DNA of 41,160 nucleotides from Bigelowiella natans CCMP2755 (GCA_000320545.1 ADNK01001718.1:1-41160), one strand, 5' to 3'. Shown: positions 24,731 to 38,859, numbered from the stretch's first letter. Made by a program: numbers and translations. Notes: generated by a model from the sequence alone, not told the origin.

Positions 24731-25645
24731 CGGCAGACCGCACCAATTTCGGAATTTGAATAATAATGACAATAATGATGATAATAATAATAACAACAAA
24801 AGTGAAACATCAAACATGGGCTACATGGATCTCACTGATTAGTAATATTATCCTAGCGCATTTCTCAAGAACAATATGGCCATAGAGATTTACTGATCAT
24901 GTCCCCATCTCTGAGCTACTACCTACTCATTACTGCCCTCTCCCTTCCCTCTGCTGATGATGTGCTTCCCTGCTCCCCTCTTTTGGTCTATCTGCCGCAA
25001 ATATTTAAAAAAAAAACACGCACACACAAATGAAGGGCGCTCACATGTTCGAGAAGACTCAGTTCTCCATGCTTACCGAGACGGTGGGCGAACTGCTACC
25101 TGATTATGAGTCTTTTTTTCCTTAAGTATTCCTAGCCGCACAAAACCCCATCCTAGCTGAAACCAAAGTACACTGCGAGAATTAATGCCCCGCGTCGTTA
25201 ACGTCCCTGACTTGGAGGCGTTGAACCTCTTTCACCATCATCTAAGCAACAGCCGCAGCCGCCGCCTCCCAAATAAGGCTCAATGGCGGTTTTTGAATTT
25301 TAGTTCATCGCGCCGCACTTATATGTACAGCTCTGAATGATGCTATAAATTGCGTTGGCCTGGGAGAATTAGTATTCGTTTCCTCTTCCACGACATGTGA
25401 CAAATGATCGATGAACACTCGTGACAGCCTCCCATTGCCATTCGCTCTTTCACTTGTCGTTTGCTATTCTATTGCTATTCAATTACAATCATAGTTTCCA
25501 TTCCCACCCCCACCCCCCTCCCCCGTCTGTTTTCTGAATGATATCAAGGTGGTGGAGACCGTTAAGAAGCAAGAGAATGTCGATACATGGGTAAGATGGT
25601 GTGTTTAATGGCTGCATCTTTCATAATTATATTACATATGATAAA

Positions 25646-25690
<45 letters not shown>

Positions 25691-25913
25691 ATAATACTGA
25701 GTTTTAAGGTTATACCTATGCAATGCTGTGTTGTATGTATAAGTTCTCTCTAAAAAATATCCCGTAAAGTTTTGATGTGTGCCATGTCGATTGCACCGCG
25801 CAGGTGATCATCGGCATTGAGTCGCACGTGTGTGTGCAGCAGGTCTCCACAAATGGCGTTTCCCTCTCTAATTATATTAAACGCCGTACCCTCCCCGATT
25901 TTATGAGAGAGAA

Positions 25914-25965
<52 letters not shown>

Positions 25966-26263
25966 TAAGAATAATATATATATATATATATATATATTGT
26001 ATATATTATACGTGCGGTCGTGTGTGTGTGTGTGCGTGTGTGTGTATGATCATGTGGCATGTCTTTGTTAACGATCGAGCATATTCTCAGACGGTGTTGG
26101 GCCTCTTGGAAATGGACAAACATGTGTTTGTCCTAGCAGATGCAGTATCCTCTCAGGTCCTGAATATGTCGGCACTATTTCTAAGCGTTCTACCCAATCC
26201 AAGCGTAGCAAGGAAACACACACATGCGCGCGCGCACTGACACAATGTGTGCAAATACTTACA

Positions 26264-26337
<74 letters not shown>

Positions 26338-27212
26338 ACACGTGTAAGATATAGAGTATATATGAGCGTATTAGTAATATCTACATGCAATGTTGTTTTG
26401 GAGGAGCACGGCATTCGTTGCGCACTGTGCTTGGGATGATGTTCGCTGCTGTATCGCTGTTGTTGTGTTTTCATCAGTACATCGGCGATCGATACATAGC
26501 TCTTGAGCGCATGCGACAGGTATAAGGCAGCCATCACTCGAATGCCTCCAGCTGTTATCCTCTCGATCTGCACGCCATGTGTTTTTTTGGTTCGCTGCGC
26601 ACTTCACAAATTTTCCCGGTTGGAAACTCCCCAACCCCCCCCCCCAAGGCGCGAACGTACGCTCTGTCTGTGTAAACACGCCAACGATGAGAATAATGAG
26701 GACGCTGAAATGATGGTCTCAGGCCGGGGCAGTCGTCACCACCACCGAGTCGGCCATCTTTGAGCTTCTAGGTAGGTGCGATGTTCGCTAGTGCCGACCA
26801 CCGCTGCCGCCCGGCATATTGCACCTCGTTTACTTCGCTGTCGGTTTCTCGTTGAAACATAATTATAAAATAAAAAGTGAGGGGGGGGGGGAGGGGGAGG
26901 GAGAAGCGAAGCGCCATCTCTGAGCACCGCCTCAGTACAGTAAAGCGAAGGCCGGTGAGGCGAATGAACTACTGTACCTGCGTGCTGGGCAATCCTTTTC
27001 CGGGGCAGCCCACACGATCCAAAAACAAAGAACAAAAAAACAAAGAACAAAAAAACAAAGAACAAAAAATGCTCCTGCTTCCCAGTACTCAACTGTTCTG
27101 TTTTTCAGGCGACTTCAAGCACCCGTTAGCAAAGAAGTTGTCTAAGGGTGGGAAAGGACGCCCGGAATGTGGGCTGCCTCAAGGACTCCCGCAAGCATCA
27201 GGAAAATTGTGA
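23862..27212 (+). CDS. Multi-exon isochorismatase-domain protein (ISOC1/ISOC2-like)
   Basis: Spliced exons: CCDIQERF, IATEQ|YPKALGSTVKE, FEKTQFSML, VIIGIESHVCVQQ|TVLGLL, VLADAVSSQ, ALERMRQ|AGAVVTTTESAIFELL|GDFKHP; stop ends at 27212. Confidence 0.92.
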
Positions 27213-27282
27213 TTTGTATCAGATAACCACAGACACACACAACTCGTGTATATATTGAGGCGGTGCGACCGGTTGATTAAAA

Positions 27283-27322
<40 letters not shown>

Positions 27323-27386
27323 CACACACACATACGTGTGTGTGTTTGTGTGCTTGTGTGTGAGAGAGACAACGCAATATAAGAAC

Positions 27387-27426
<40 letters not shown>

Positions 27427-27440
27427 TAATGCATATATGA

Positions 27441-27532
27441 CATGGATGTAATGTAGTAATTAAATAATACTTTCAATTGTCATCCTCATGTAGCTATGCA
27501 AAGCAGCGGCTATACGTTTATGTTGTGACCGC

Positions 27533-27571
<39 letters not shown>

Positions 27572-28200
27572 GCGTATACATGCATAATTAATACATACAT
27601 ATTAATGACTGTCTCAATCGTGTATAGAATGTGCATTTATGTATATGCACATGTATTGCGCTGGATTCATTTGCCTCTGTGCGTCATGCAACATGTTTGC
27701 GAGATGTTGTTGGCGCTACGTACGTTCATGCTAGATCGCATGTAGCAGTGCCAACATCTGCTAGCAGACGTCGTCATAGTCGCCTTGACGCAAGTCGTAT
27801 ACAAGTGTACACACACAAGACTAATCAAAACATGACGTACGTAACGTCATCGCTAGCAGATCGGTCGAGGTCGTTGAATGTCTAGATGTGCTTGCCTGTG
27901 TGCACGCACGCGGTGCATGGTGCTGATGATGTGCTACATGACTTCATGCGCAGTAGGTAGCAGGGGCACCGCTACTAGATCAGGAATGCAGTACGTAGAC
28001 GCGCTAACTCTCGGCCAGATTATCCAGCTGCACATAGTGTGTAGAATAGTGCTTGCAATGATTGCATGTAGAACAACAACAGACACAACGCATGACAATT
28101 GCGTGAAGCGAGACAGTCTGTACCACAGATGACACGGTGCACACTGCACAGCAAATGAATTGCACATATGATGTTTGCACAATGCCGGGCGGAGGTCGCA
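27441..28200. mobile_element. Degenerate repeat block between convergent genes, including an inverted LINE 3'-end copy (~27441-27512)
   Basis: ttcaattgtcatcctcatgtagctatgcaaagcagcggcta is the reverse complement of the LINE 3' end; atgt-ctag-atgt at 27878-27889. Confidence 0.55.
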
Positions 28201-28231
28201 GGCCAATGGATGGATGAACGAGTAGAGCCTT

Positions 28232-29499
28232 CTATTCCTCTATCAGAACTTTCTTCTTGGAGAACACCTGTGCGAAACATTCAATGTTCAGCCAGCATGT
28301 GCAGATGATGTACACGTGCGTCAGCAGCCCCCGCAGCCCCCGCAGCAGAAGCAGAATTCAAGGAGTTCAGCGGCATCCTAAAGCATGAAACTAGCTATCA
28401 TTTTGCTCTCAGAATGCCCCTGTGGTGCGTTGTCCTTTATGCTCCGCGAAGAACACACTAAACAGTCCCATCTTTTTTTTCGGTCGCTGCTGGTTCCTTC
28501 TTTGGCTGTTTTCGCTTTTTTGGAGCGCGGGAGTGGGGAAAGAAAAAAAAGCCCACCTTGATTGCATCCTCGATCTCCTTCATCTTTGCTTCCAACGCTT
28601 TCTTGGCCTATCATCAAGCCAGGTAGAAGAGGAGGGTGGGAACGTGAAGAAGGGGGGCAGGCAAACTCGCTGCCATATGAAAATGCGGGCATCGAAATGA
28701 CTTTGAACAGCGATAAAAACATAACCCAAATTGCAAGCAGCATCTGCGGATATTGCAATTGTGCGTGTTCTCCACATCACATTGCACAGCGTGTTCACCA
28801 GCCAAAGCTTTCCCCCACCTTCTTTCTTGACAAAGTCTCAACTACTAGCGGAAATCTAGACAGCTCCGCGGCGACCTCCTTCTTGCCTAATGGCCACAAA
28901 GAGTAAGCGAAGGGTACTATGGATATGGTTCTTGCGCAAAAAAGCGATATGTTGGGCATTTGGCCAGGGAAGGATTTTGATATCAATAATCCGAAATGGC
29001 TACTAGCCCCCCACGAGGGCATTGGTGATTTCCAGTCCAACGGCCTCGGTTTTTTCTCACAACTCTCATAGAACTTCGGTAGGTGCGATAGCTCGATTTC
29101 ATTCTTTTTGGATATCACCCTCTCCTCTCTTTCCTCGAATAAAGGCGCTAATTCAACGGGCATGCGTGCGCGCACCCGATTGGAGCTTTCTAAGAACCTC
29201 GAGCCTCTCCTCCTCAGGCACCTGTACCATACCTGATGGTAGGTCGTCTTTCCGAGATGCTACCCTATTTAGGTCACGTGCGAAAAGATTTAGGCGTTTG
29301 TTACAACGGGTCGGGTGGCGACGGTTAGGGGGGGGGGGGGGGGGACGTGGAATGTGATCAGCGTTGTAGCGTCCCTAGTCAGCTTCTTTTTTCTGAGCAG
29401 CTGAATCTTTCGTTCAATGATGCTGTTATCATGTTAAGTAAAACACACACATACGAGCGCGAAGGCCCACAGGCAGAGGGGGAAAAGGAAGGGAGAGGA

Positions 29500-29538
<39 letters not shown>

Positions 29539-29539
29539 G

Positions 29540-29582
<43 letters not shown>

Positions 29583-30568
29583 ATTACGACCAGTGTTGTA
29601 ACACCATTTCAAAACAGAAAGAAATAACATCTCACGTCGCTGAAATCTTGCTAATTTTTTTGCCGTACGCGATGCGAGCTTTCCCGACCCCTCGCCCATA
29701 AATAATAAATTGCCGGCGTGTTTTGGGAGGAAATCGATTCTTAACTAGTCTGGGACTTGGCCAAAATTCTTGTACGCGGAGGCCCTTTTCTTCGGTGGAG
29801 CTCGGCTTTTGGTGTTTGCTGCCGTGCTACGGTTTTGCGATATCCAATCTTTGTTTGGACGGCGGGCCGAGTTCTGGCCACGAAGTCACATACCGAGCAA
29901 AAAGTTATGAGCGCATCAAAAAATTACAAAAAATCACGTGCTGCTGAGTGAGGTGTGTGCGGCCCTGTTTTGTGATCTGAACCGACCGGCTGAGAATCAA
30001 GTTCATGACGGGTTGGGATGGGAGCTTTTGTCTTTGTTTTCCGGCTGGTGTAGTTGGTCTGTCCGCCTCTCCTGGCAGCATCATCTGCCGGGTTTGGACG
30101 GGAGTTCTTCTTCAAGAAGCTATGGCCTTTCCTTGGCTGGTTGTGATTCGCCAGGAAGAAGGAAGGGGAACAATCGTCACATTATGCTTGTTGACGAACC
30201 AATTAAAAAGCTCAATATTCTCAACCTGAGACTCAAGGCGCTTCGCCACTGTGGAGCCCACCCCCTTGAACTTCGCCAATCGCAAGCGCTGCTCCTCGAC
30301 AGCCTGGGGTGCGGACCAAACACAAATCGTAACTCACAGATACTAGCAGAGTTTGAAACGTGGTTGCACCTGTCGCTCTGCCTCCTCATCAACTGCTCTC
30401 GACATTCGATTTTGCGCTTGTTTCTGTCTAAGAGTCCGGAGGTTGTCGCGGTGGTGATTTTTGGGTTTTATCCCCTTTTTTTCCAATGCCCCTCTAAGTG
30501 AATGACACATTGCATTTGCATGATTTTATGATGTCAATGGTGAATTTGGTATTTGGAAAAATGCTGCT

Positions 30569-30661
<93 letters not shown>

Positions 30662-30768
30662 TCCCCCCATCTCCTCTTCCAGCACCTGTATCCTTTCGTC
30701 GGGCAGAGAATCTCTGACATCTGAGAGCCCCTTGCGTGCCGCATGCCGATTTTCTTGGCAGCTGACAT
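28232..30768 (-). CDS. Multi-exon enkurin-domain protein (ENKD1-like, cilia-associated)
   Basis: MSAAKKIG...|GIKPKNHHRDNLRTLRQKQ...; the C-terminal exons LPSGMVQVPEEERLEVLRKLQS|GKKEVAAELSRFPLVVETLSRKK|AKKALEAKMKEIEDAIK|VFSKKKVLIEE* match the enkurin domain pattern; middle exons uncertain. Confidence 0.78.
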
Positions 30769-30799
30769 AGTTCTTCTGAAAGTTCTGAAGAAGTTCTGA

Positions 30800-32200
30800 C
30801 TCGAGCTATCGCAAACTGATCAGCTGGCAGCCGGCTTCTTCAGGTCGGCAGGGGGATGGGGGAAGGAACTGTGGGACAGTTACACGAACCCGCGCAAAAC
30901 TGTGCATTTCGTTTCCAGGCAGCAACGCCGTGTGCAACGGGGGTTTTCTTCCTGCGACAACCCCAACCAATCCTTCTCTGCAAGAAGTCGGAGCTCGTTT
31001 GAAAACCCGGATCATTCTCTTCGCTGTTCTCTGCCGCTCTTTTCCACTGAATGCGCACTTCTTTGCACTTCATTGGAACGCTCACCGAGACTGGGTCATG
31101 GACGACAATGCTGGAATGGCGCTGCGTGCGCGTGCTTGCCTGTTGTTCGCAACTGTTTTCACTTGTGGGAGCTGCTGCGTGCCAGTGAGAGTCTCCCATG
31201 TGGTGTTTTCGCACGTCATTTTGCACAATGCTCAGCACAATGCACAATGCTCAATGTTCGATGTTCAATGTCTAGACGTGTCACGTTGCTGTTCGAGGTT
31301 TCTGGCTAGCTAGCTAGCCAGCTAGCCAGGTTTGTCCAGTTGTCGCGAGAACGCACAAGAAAAACGTCTTGGTCACACGATTCGCGATGAACAAGCTGGT
31401 GCAGCAGGTTTTCCAGATGCTGTGTCCAAAATGTCATTGCAGGGACACGTGACTCACGAGAAGAGATGGCTCATGAGTGCTGAATGGCTGGACAGACAAA
31501 GGAGTTCGTGCTGGCGGCCATGCAGCTCTGGAGCTGGCTAGCTGGGCTAGTTTGGCAGTCTAGCAGTGGGGGTGCGAACTTTTCCAGATTTGAGTTCATT
31601 GCTTGATTGGTTGGCTAGCTAGCTAGTTGGGTGCTCGCTGACTTCATCTGGTCTAGCAGTCATGCACGTGTGCACTTGCTAGCTTGCGGGCTTTTCTGGC
31701 CAGGCCTGGAAGGAAGTAGCTCATGCTGCACGCGTTGCTCACTACATCACCGAGTGCAAGCACCAGCACGCTACTAGCTAGCTGGGCTAGCGTGCTGTGG
31801 CGTGCTAGCGTGCTGTGTGGCATGCTGGTGTGGCTGACAAACGATTGTTGTGCCACGAACGTGTACGTCTAGACGTGTTCATGCTAGCGATGACCGCTGG
31901 ACCGTGCTAGCTAGCTAGCGTGCCAGCGCTAGAGCGTGGTGCATGCACGGGATTTCTGCAATGCCAGAATACTAGAATGTTCAGCGCTGGAGCGTGCTAG
32001 CGTGCGCACATGCTGTCACGCATTTGTTGCCAATCTGCTGTTTGTTCATTGTTTTCTTCAATTTAATCACTGTGTGGATGAAGTTTCCAATGCTCTTGCT
32101 TTCATTCGGGGGAAGTGCCTGCGAAGTGCAACTCGAAGAATTTGACAGGAATGTGCTGAAACGCAATGAAATTGTCAGCGAATGATGTGCGAGAGCAATG
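30800..32200. mobile_element. Degenerate TpA-depleted repeat block dense in CTAG insertions
   Basis: Few TpA outside CTAG; similarity of 31145-31180 to 2885-2920; more than 10 NNNN-CTAG-NNNN units in 31300-32005. Confidence 0.7.
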
Positions 32201-32426
32201 CTAGATAGCCATGGAGTACAAACGCATGCAAGAGTTTTCCATCTGCGAAATTGGTTGAGAATCTAAGAGTTGCGATGGCGATTTTGAGTTGATTTGTAGA
32301 TCGCTTGAGGCTGAGCAATGCAATGGTGAATGTAGATTGAACATGCCGATTAATCCACACTTATTGTTTCAGGGTGAACCAGAAACAAATAATTGGGTCG
32401 ATTGCAACGTTCGGATATCAATTTTC

Positions 32427-34900
32427 TCAAGATCGTCTACTTCTCTCGTAGGCCACATCTGATTGTAATGCTTAAGCAGCGTCCTATTTGTCATTAAGTC
32501 CATTTACATTTACAAAATTTTGTGTGCAAGCTTTCCATCGAAATTCTAATTGATGTGTAACCGTACACGGCCCAAACTAAAGAAACCAAGAGGGTTGACC
32601 ATAGGCTTACGTCTTCTTGAAGCCTGTAATTTTCTTTCTCCTCCTCTATAACAGTTGAATATTTCTTGGTCTCATCAGCATTTAAGGTTCTGAACAATAA
32701 GGTCTTTCAATACGATTGAGTGTGTGATGAAAAATTATATTCAAACTAAAAATGAGCTGCGCAGCTACCTGAACGCCACCAACGCAACGAAAACGACCGC
32801 GAATATGTAAATAACCGAACCGAAGCAAGCCAATACATTTAGCTGTTGAATGAAAAAGGGACGTAATGTTTTCGTAACATAGTCTATTCTAGACCAATCA
32901 AATATGTACACACATAAGTATATCATTTCTTCCCAGGATGAGATCCTCTTACTCTATGGATAATCTGCTGAAGTCCTTTAGTTCTGGCTGCTGCAGCCCG
33001 CCTTCCTCGAATACTTTAGAATAAAAAATTGCAACATCACATAAGTTCTCGTGAAATGAAATCAGATTTGTTGACCTTCTCATGTTTGATTTTGCATTCT
33101 TCAGCGATCGCTGAATGATGAAGAAGTTAGTGTTTAAGTGAGATATAAATAAACAGATGCCTTACTGCGCCTGTCGATCCTACTTGCAAAATGGTAGCTG
33201 CTGAATCAGCGGATGCCTCATTGATTTTTTTCACATCTATAGATTGCAACTCAATACTGAATCCTGCTGAGGTCTTAACCTCTAAAATTGAACCCTGCTC
33301 TACAGGCTTATTCTCGGCACAGGATATTAAGTTTTCTCTCGTTTGCGAAGCTGCAACGGGCCTTTTATCTGTATTTGAGATATGGGAGAAGCCACTTTGA
33401 GGTGTGGCACCTGTTCTCCGCGAACTGAGTTACAGAGAGGAAATTTATCGCAATCCAAGTTCAGAAACTCACAAGCAGATTATTAAGAAGATAAATTTAC
33501 TCTTTGAAGCTCTTTTTGATTTCTTGGCCTGCGCTTCTATTAACGTGGGAACGTGGAGGTGAATCTCCGTCATGTTTTAAGAGTGACCTCAGGTTGAACA
33601 CAGCACAGATAAAAAAGCCTCCTGAAAATTATGGACAAAATCAGGAAGTATCGAGGCCCAACAGGTAAATGGAAAATTTTCGAAAATTTTAAATCAGAAT
33701 ACCTACTGTTGTTATGAGAAACAAAAGGCCCAATATACGTGAAGCGTCACAAATGAACTAAATTGAATTTTACTACATGTTGGAACGTGCATTGAAAGCT
33801 CAATTTAAATGATTTTAGTATTTAGTAATTTTTGTATGAGAATAAGAATAACGTACAAGGTCGAGGGAATATACTAAGACCAAACTCAGAAGAGTTGTGA
33901 AAGTATTTACAGATGCTACAGAAACCATTAGATATTCTGCAAATAGCCAAAGGGAACACACTTCAGCACTTCAGCACTTTCAAAGTAAGAAATGGGGGCA
34001 GAACACGCTAGTTAATTACCCAGCGATTTTGGTAATTGTTTCCTGATAATTTTTCGTCGTACGACGGTGCTGGCTATTGCATTGTTAGCAATAGAGACGA
34101 GAAATATGACTGATAAATGAGAAATAATCAGTGCAAATCTATGCCCCCTTAGTTATTAAAAAAAGAACCATAGCATGCTATGAAACTTTGAGCCAACTAA
34201 AACATTTTAAAGGTGAGTAAAGGCTGCATATCATAACTGATTATGAGGTAAAAGGTAATACAAATGCCATGTAGCGGAAGAATATCACGAGCTGCCAATC
34301 CATAGGGATCACAACATCATGTGATCCCAAAGAAAGGAAAATTTGAGGTACAAGACCAGCGAGAACCATCCTAATTGCGCAATTGTACACGTGGATATAA
34401 GAATATTAGCGTCTCCTTTATGCAGACAATAAATTATGCCTAAAATGGAAACATGGCTCTGAACACCATTGCAATATTTTCTTTGCTTGATTTGTGTCTT
34501 TTGAAAGCAGTTGTAATGTCATAAATGCGAGCAATAATGTTTGAGCTAGCGCACGAAGGCGGTCTGATATCTGCCATTCCTGAATCAAAGCAAACGCATT
34601 CGTCAAAGAGATACTATTTGCCTCATGAAGAACAATAGTGAAACCTCTGCTGTGTCTCCATCCATGCTTTTGAGTTAACGGCAAAAACAAAAAGGCGAGC
34701 ACGCTTCCATTAGACAAAGCGCAAAGTGCCGATCGTATTGTCGTACTTTCAAAATGCATTCAATTTTGAATCGGCACAAATTGTACACAATTCGCCCCAG
34801 AGCGTAGTTCATCACAAGTGCTTTGTAGTGGTAGTTCGCCTGAATGAGCTAATGCTTCAAAATATCGGATGGAATTATAAATGCCATTGAATCACAATGA
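32427..34900 (-). CDS. Multi-exon multi-pass membrane protein with a long hydrophilic loop (7TM-like topology possible); 5' end uncertain
   Basis: GT-AG-bounded exons with hydrophobic helices (VIFLVSIANNAIA, LNVLACFGSVIYIFAVVFVALVAFR, VSLWSTLLVSLVWAVYGY) and an ~85-codon polar exon at 33166-33424; no family recognised. Confidence 0.5.
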
Positions 34901-35117
34901 GCGACATACCTCGAAGCGTCCCGTTGAAGCCAGAAATTTCGGGATTCGCACTCGTACTACCCCCAACTCCTCTCTGGAACTGAATTACAATGTTTTTGAT
35001 GTCGCAGGATACGAATAGCAAGCTCTTAGATCTTGAAAGCCTTTGAGAACTAAAATTGCGTAATTATTTCTTCGCAGGCGTCACCACCAAGAATCTAACT
35101 CGAGTGTTACAAATATC

Positions 35118-36097
35118 ATGTCTCTCGAGTCCAAGCAAATCGCTACCATTCGCACCCTCGCCGCCGATGTTGTGCAAAAGGCTAACTCTGGGCACCCTGG
35201 TTGCTGCCCTTTAAGTTCTTTTATAAATTCATTGAGTCAGCGTATTAAAGTTGGTTTGCGTTTTCACTTGTGCAATGATGACATGATGATATACGACATG
35301 CGCATCCCAAAGCGACGAAGGCAATGTTTTGAAGAAAAACATGTACTTTAAGGTGCGCCAATGGGGATGGCTGCTATGGCACACGTACTTTGGGGAGAAG
35401 TCATGAAATACAGTCCAAAGAATCCCGACTGGGTGGAAAGAATAAAACGACACATTTGTCTTACGTCTATGACCAACACAGGGCGTCACAATGTTGTTTA
35501 ATCATCAGATGGGAAAAGATCGCTTTGTACTTTCCAACGGACATAGTTGTGCACTACAATACCTCATGATGTATCTCACTGGCTACGATAGTGTAGGAAT
35601 GGATGATTTGAAGAAGTTTCGCGTTTGCCGTAGCCGGTCTGCTTCGATTTTGTTTGGATATAAAAACAATCTTCTAAACAAAGTTGCATCTTCTATGAAG
35701 AACCCCTGGACATCCAGAACGTCACGCAACTAAAGGAATCGAAGTAAGCACTGGACCTTTGGGACAAGGTGTGTCACTATTTTAAGTTTTAGCTCAAAAT
35801 CTTATCGATCTGAAATAAAAATAAGAAATCAAGATTAAGAAATTAAGATAATTTATGCAATTTATACGCATCGAATTGTTGAACCCTTAGGAATTAGCAA
35901 TGCTGTTGGATTGGCAATCGCCGAGTCACATATGGCTGCCACTTACAACAAGCCCGATTTCAAGGTGTTTAACAATTTCACCTACGTCTTGTGTGGAGAT
36001 GGTTGCATGCAGGAAGGGGTTGCATCTGAAGCGTGCTCTCTCGCAGGCCATTTGAAACTTGGCAAGGTTGTCATCCTCCTACCCCCCCCTCCCCCCT

Positions 36098-36150
<53 letters not shown>

Positions 36151-38687
36151 TGGACACGTTTTCCTCATATTATTCATAGCTAACGTATTCTCTTTGCAGC
36201 TAATTGTCCTCTATGATGACAACAATATTACAATCGATGGAGATACGGATCTTAGTTTTACAGAGGACGTTGGCAAACGCTTTGAAGCATATGGATGGCA
36301 AGTCTTAGAGGTAAGCACGAAATATCTTAAATTTGTTTACGTACGTTAATTAATCATATTTAAAGGTTAAGGATGCCAACCATGACACTGAAGCAATTAA
36401 GGCAGCAATAGTTCTAGCAAAGCAGGTTAGTAAATAAAATTAAATTAAGTATATAAACGATTAATTTCAGTTTTCTTTATTTTTATTGTTTACGTTAGGA
36501 AACAGAAAAACCAACAATTATCAAATGCAAAACTGTCATTGGATTTGGATCTAGCAAAGAAGGGACTCATGGTGTTCACGGGGCCCCTCTAGGCGAGGAC
36601 GACATTGCTCAGGTACAAGGATCATCCAGCAGTAAATTGTCTATTTATATGAACAGGTAATCTCAATTAGTTTGACTAAACTTTAAGGTAAAGGAAAAAT
36701 TTGGCTTTGACTCAAAGCAGAAATTTTTCGTTCCAGAGGAGGTGAGATTGTTTTTAGCATGTCTACTTCGCCATTCATTCTTTTATTTGGTTTTCTGAAG
36801 GTTCTTTCCGCATACCGAGGGAAAATTGATGAAGGAAAGAAAATGGTTGCTGAGTATGAGAAAATGTATTCCAAATATGAGGCTAAGTACGCAAAAGAAG
36901 CTGCCGAAATTAAGCGCAGATTTGCACAAAAACTTCCTGAAGGATGGGAGGATGTGTTACCTACGTATAAGCCAGGAGACAAAGCACTTGCCACCCGATC
37001 TCTATCTGGAAAGGTGCTGAATGCCTTGGCCAATATTATGCCGGAGCTAGTTGGAGGTTCTGCAGACCTAACACCATCAAACAAGGTAAATAGCGACGGA
37101 TTTATTATGACATTTTGATTTTATGTAATATGATTCCCTTGTCCAGACTGCATTAGGATGTACTGTTGACTACCAGAGTACTAGTCCTCAAGGAAGGTAG
37201 TTATCACTGTAGATTATTCTCAATATAAAGATCAAATGAGCACATGACGATCTGCTGTAGGTATATTCGTTTCGGAGTTCGTGAACATGGAATGGGAGCA
37301 ATTGGCAACGGGCTCCATGCTTACGGAGGTAGCTAATATGTTCAGAACTTTTATGTAAACGAATTCGGTGTCTGAAATTAAACCGAAACCATTTATCATA
37401 GGAATCGTTCCATTCACCGCGACATTCCTAACATTTATCGAGTACATGTTCCCAGCAGTCCGACTCGCCGCTCTGAGTGGTTCGTTTATATAGGACATCT
37501 TATCCAATCATTGCGTATATTTTTCTTTCGTCTTCCCAGGGCACAAGCATATTTTCATCATGACTCATGATTCGCTTGGCATCGGTGAAGATGGGCCTAC
37601 CCACCAACCCATCGAACAGGTGCAGAAATCTGACAACATCACCATATTTTGAAGCAGAATTTAAGCGGTAATTTCGTTTATCAGGTCAATATCGTCCGTG
37701 CAACTCCGAACGTTTTGATGTTCCGCCCTGCAGACGGTGAGACTAAATATTGCATCCACAAATATCTACCATCTGCAATCACTCCTCGAAATTAGTACTT
37801 CTGGTATTTGTGCGATGTTGACAACAGGAAATGAGACCAGTGGAGCTTATAAGGTTGCTATGGAACAAGAGGACACACCATCTGTTCTGGCTCTCAGCAG
37901 ACAAGTAATTCAACAATTTGATGACTTACTTTTTATTTTATTGAAAATCTAGATTCATTTTAGTTATCTGAGTAAGCTTTACGGTATCTTTTTGCGCAGA
38001 ATCTTCCTCAACTTGCGGGCACAAGTATCGAAGGTGTATCTAAAGGTGCTTACACGATCGTCGAAGAGAAGGTTACTTCACCAAAAATAACATGAAAACC
38101 AGAATGTGATGGTTTTTATCTTTATATCAGGACCCAGATGCAATTTTGATTGCGACAGGGTCTGAGGTAGCTCTTTGTGTCGAAGCTGCAAAGTTATTGG
38201 AAGGCAAATTTTCAATCGTTTCGATGCCATGCGCCAAGCTATTTGATGAGCAGCCGATCGAGTATCGTAGAAAAGTGCTTCCTTTCAAGACTCCAATCAT
38301 TGCTGTCGAGATGGCTGCTGCTTCAGGGTACAAAGAGAATTCGTCCACCAATTTTTGAGTGAACTAACTTAGAAACAATCAATCTCATTATTATTAGGTG
38401 GTATAAGTATGCAAATCATGCAATTGTGATGAGAACCTTCGGAGTATCCGGGAAAGGATCGGTGTGTAAATTAAAATTTTCAATATTTTAGCTTAGCATT
38501 GCTAAAACCACTTGTTTGTTTTCAGCATTGTATGGATTACTTTGGTTTTACACCAAAGAAGATTGCAGGCTCAATCAAAGAGTGGCTCGGCAATGCAGGA
38601 AAGGAAATGAAGAGTCATGGATTTGCAGTTGCAGCTCAGTTTGAGGAACCTGCCAAACGCAATTTGCATTACGTTGAATACATCTAG
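35118..38687 (+). CDS. TKL: Transketolase (multi-exon; no targeting extension, so probably cytosolic)
   Basis: KANSGHPG|[35 protein letters not shown] (TPP-binding), [44 protein letters not shown]; stop ends at 38687. Confidence 0.97.
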
Positions 38688-38859
38688 ATGGAATCAGTTG
38701 CAGATATATTATCATCTCAGCACCTTTGCCGTGCTAGCTCTAGCTCATTAAATTAAGACAATAGCTCTTGTTCTCAATTTATTTACTTACGACCCGATGC
38801 GACACGATGCCAAGGATTGATAATCACGACCAAGTGATGACTATTATCAGCGCCCATAG

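Noticed and set aside
35640-35700. Apparent in-frame TGA in transketolase (LHLL*RTPGHPE)
   Set aside because: An in-phase intron (CG|gtctgc...gaag|A) gives [14 protein letters not shown] with no stop.
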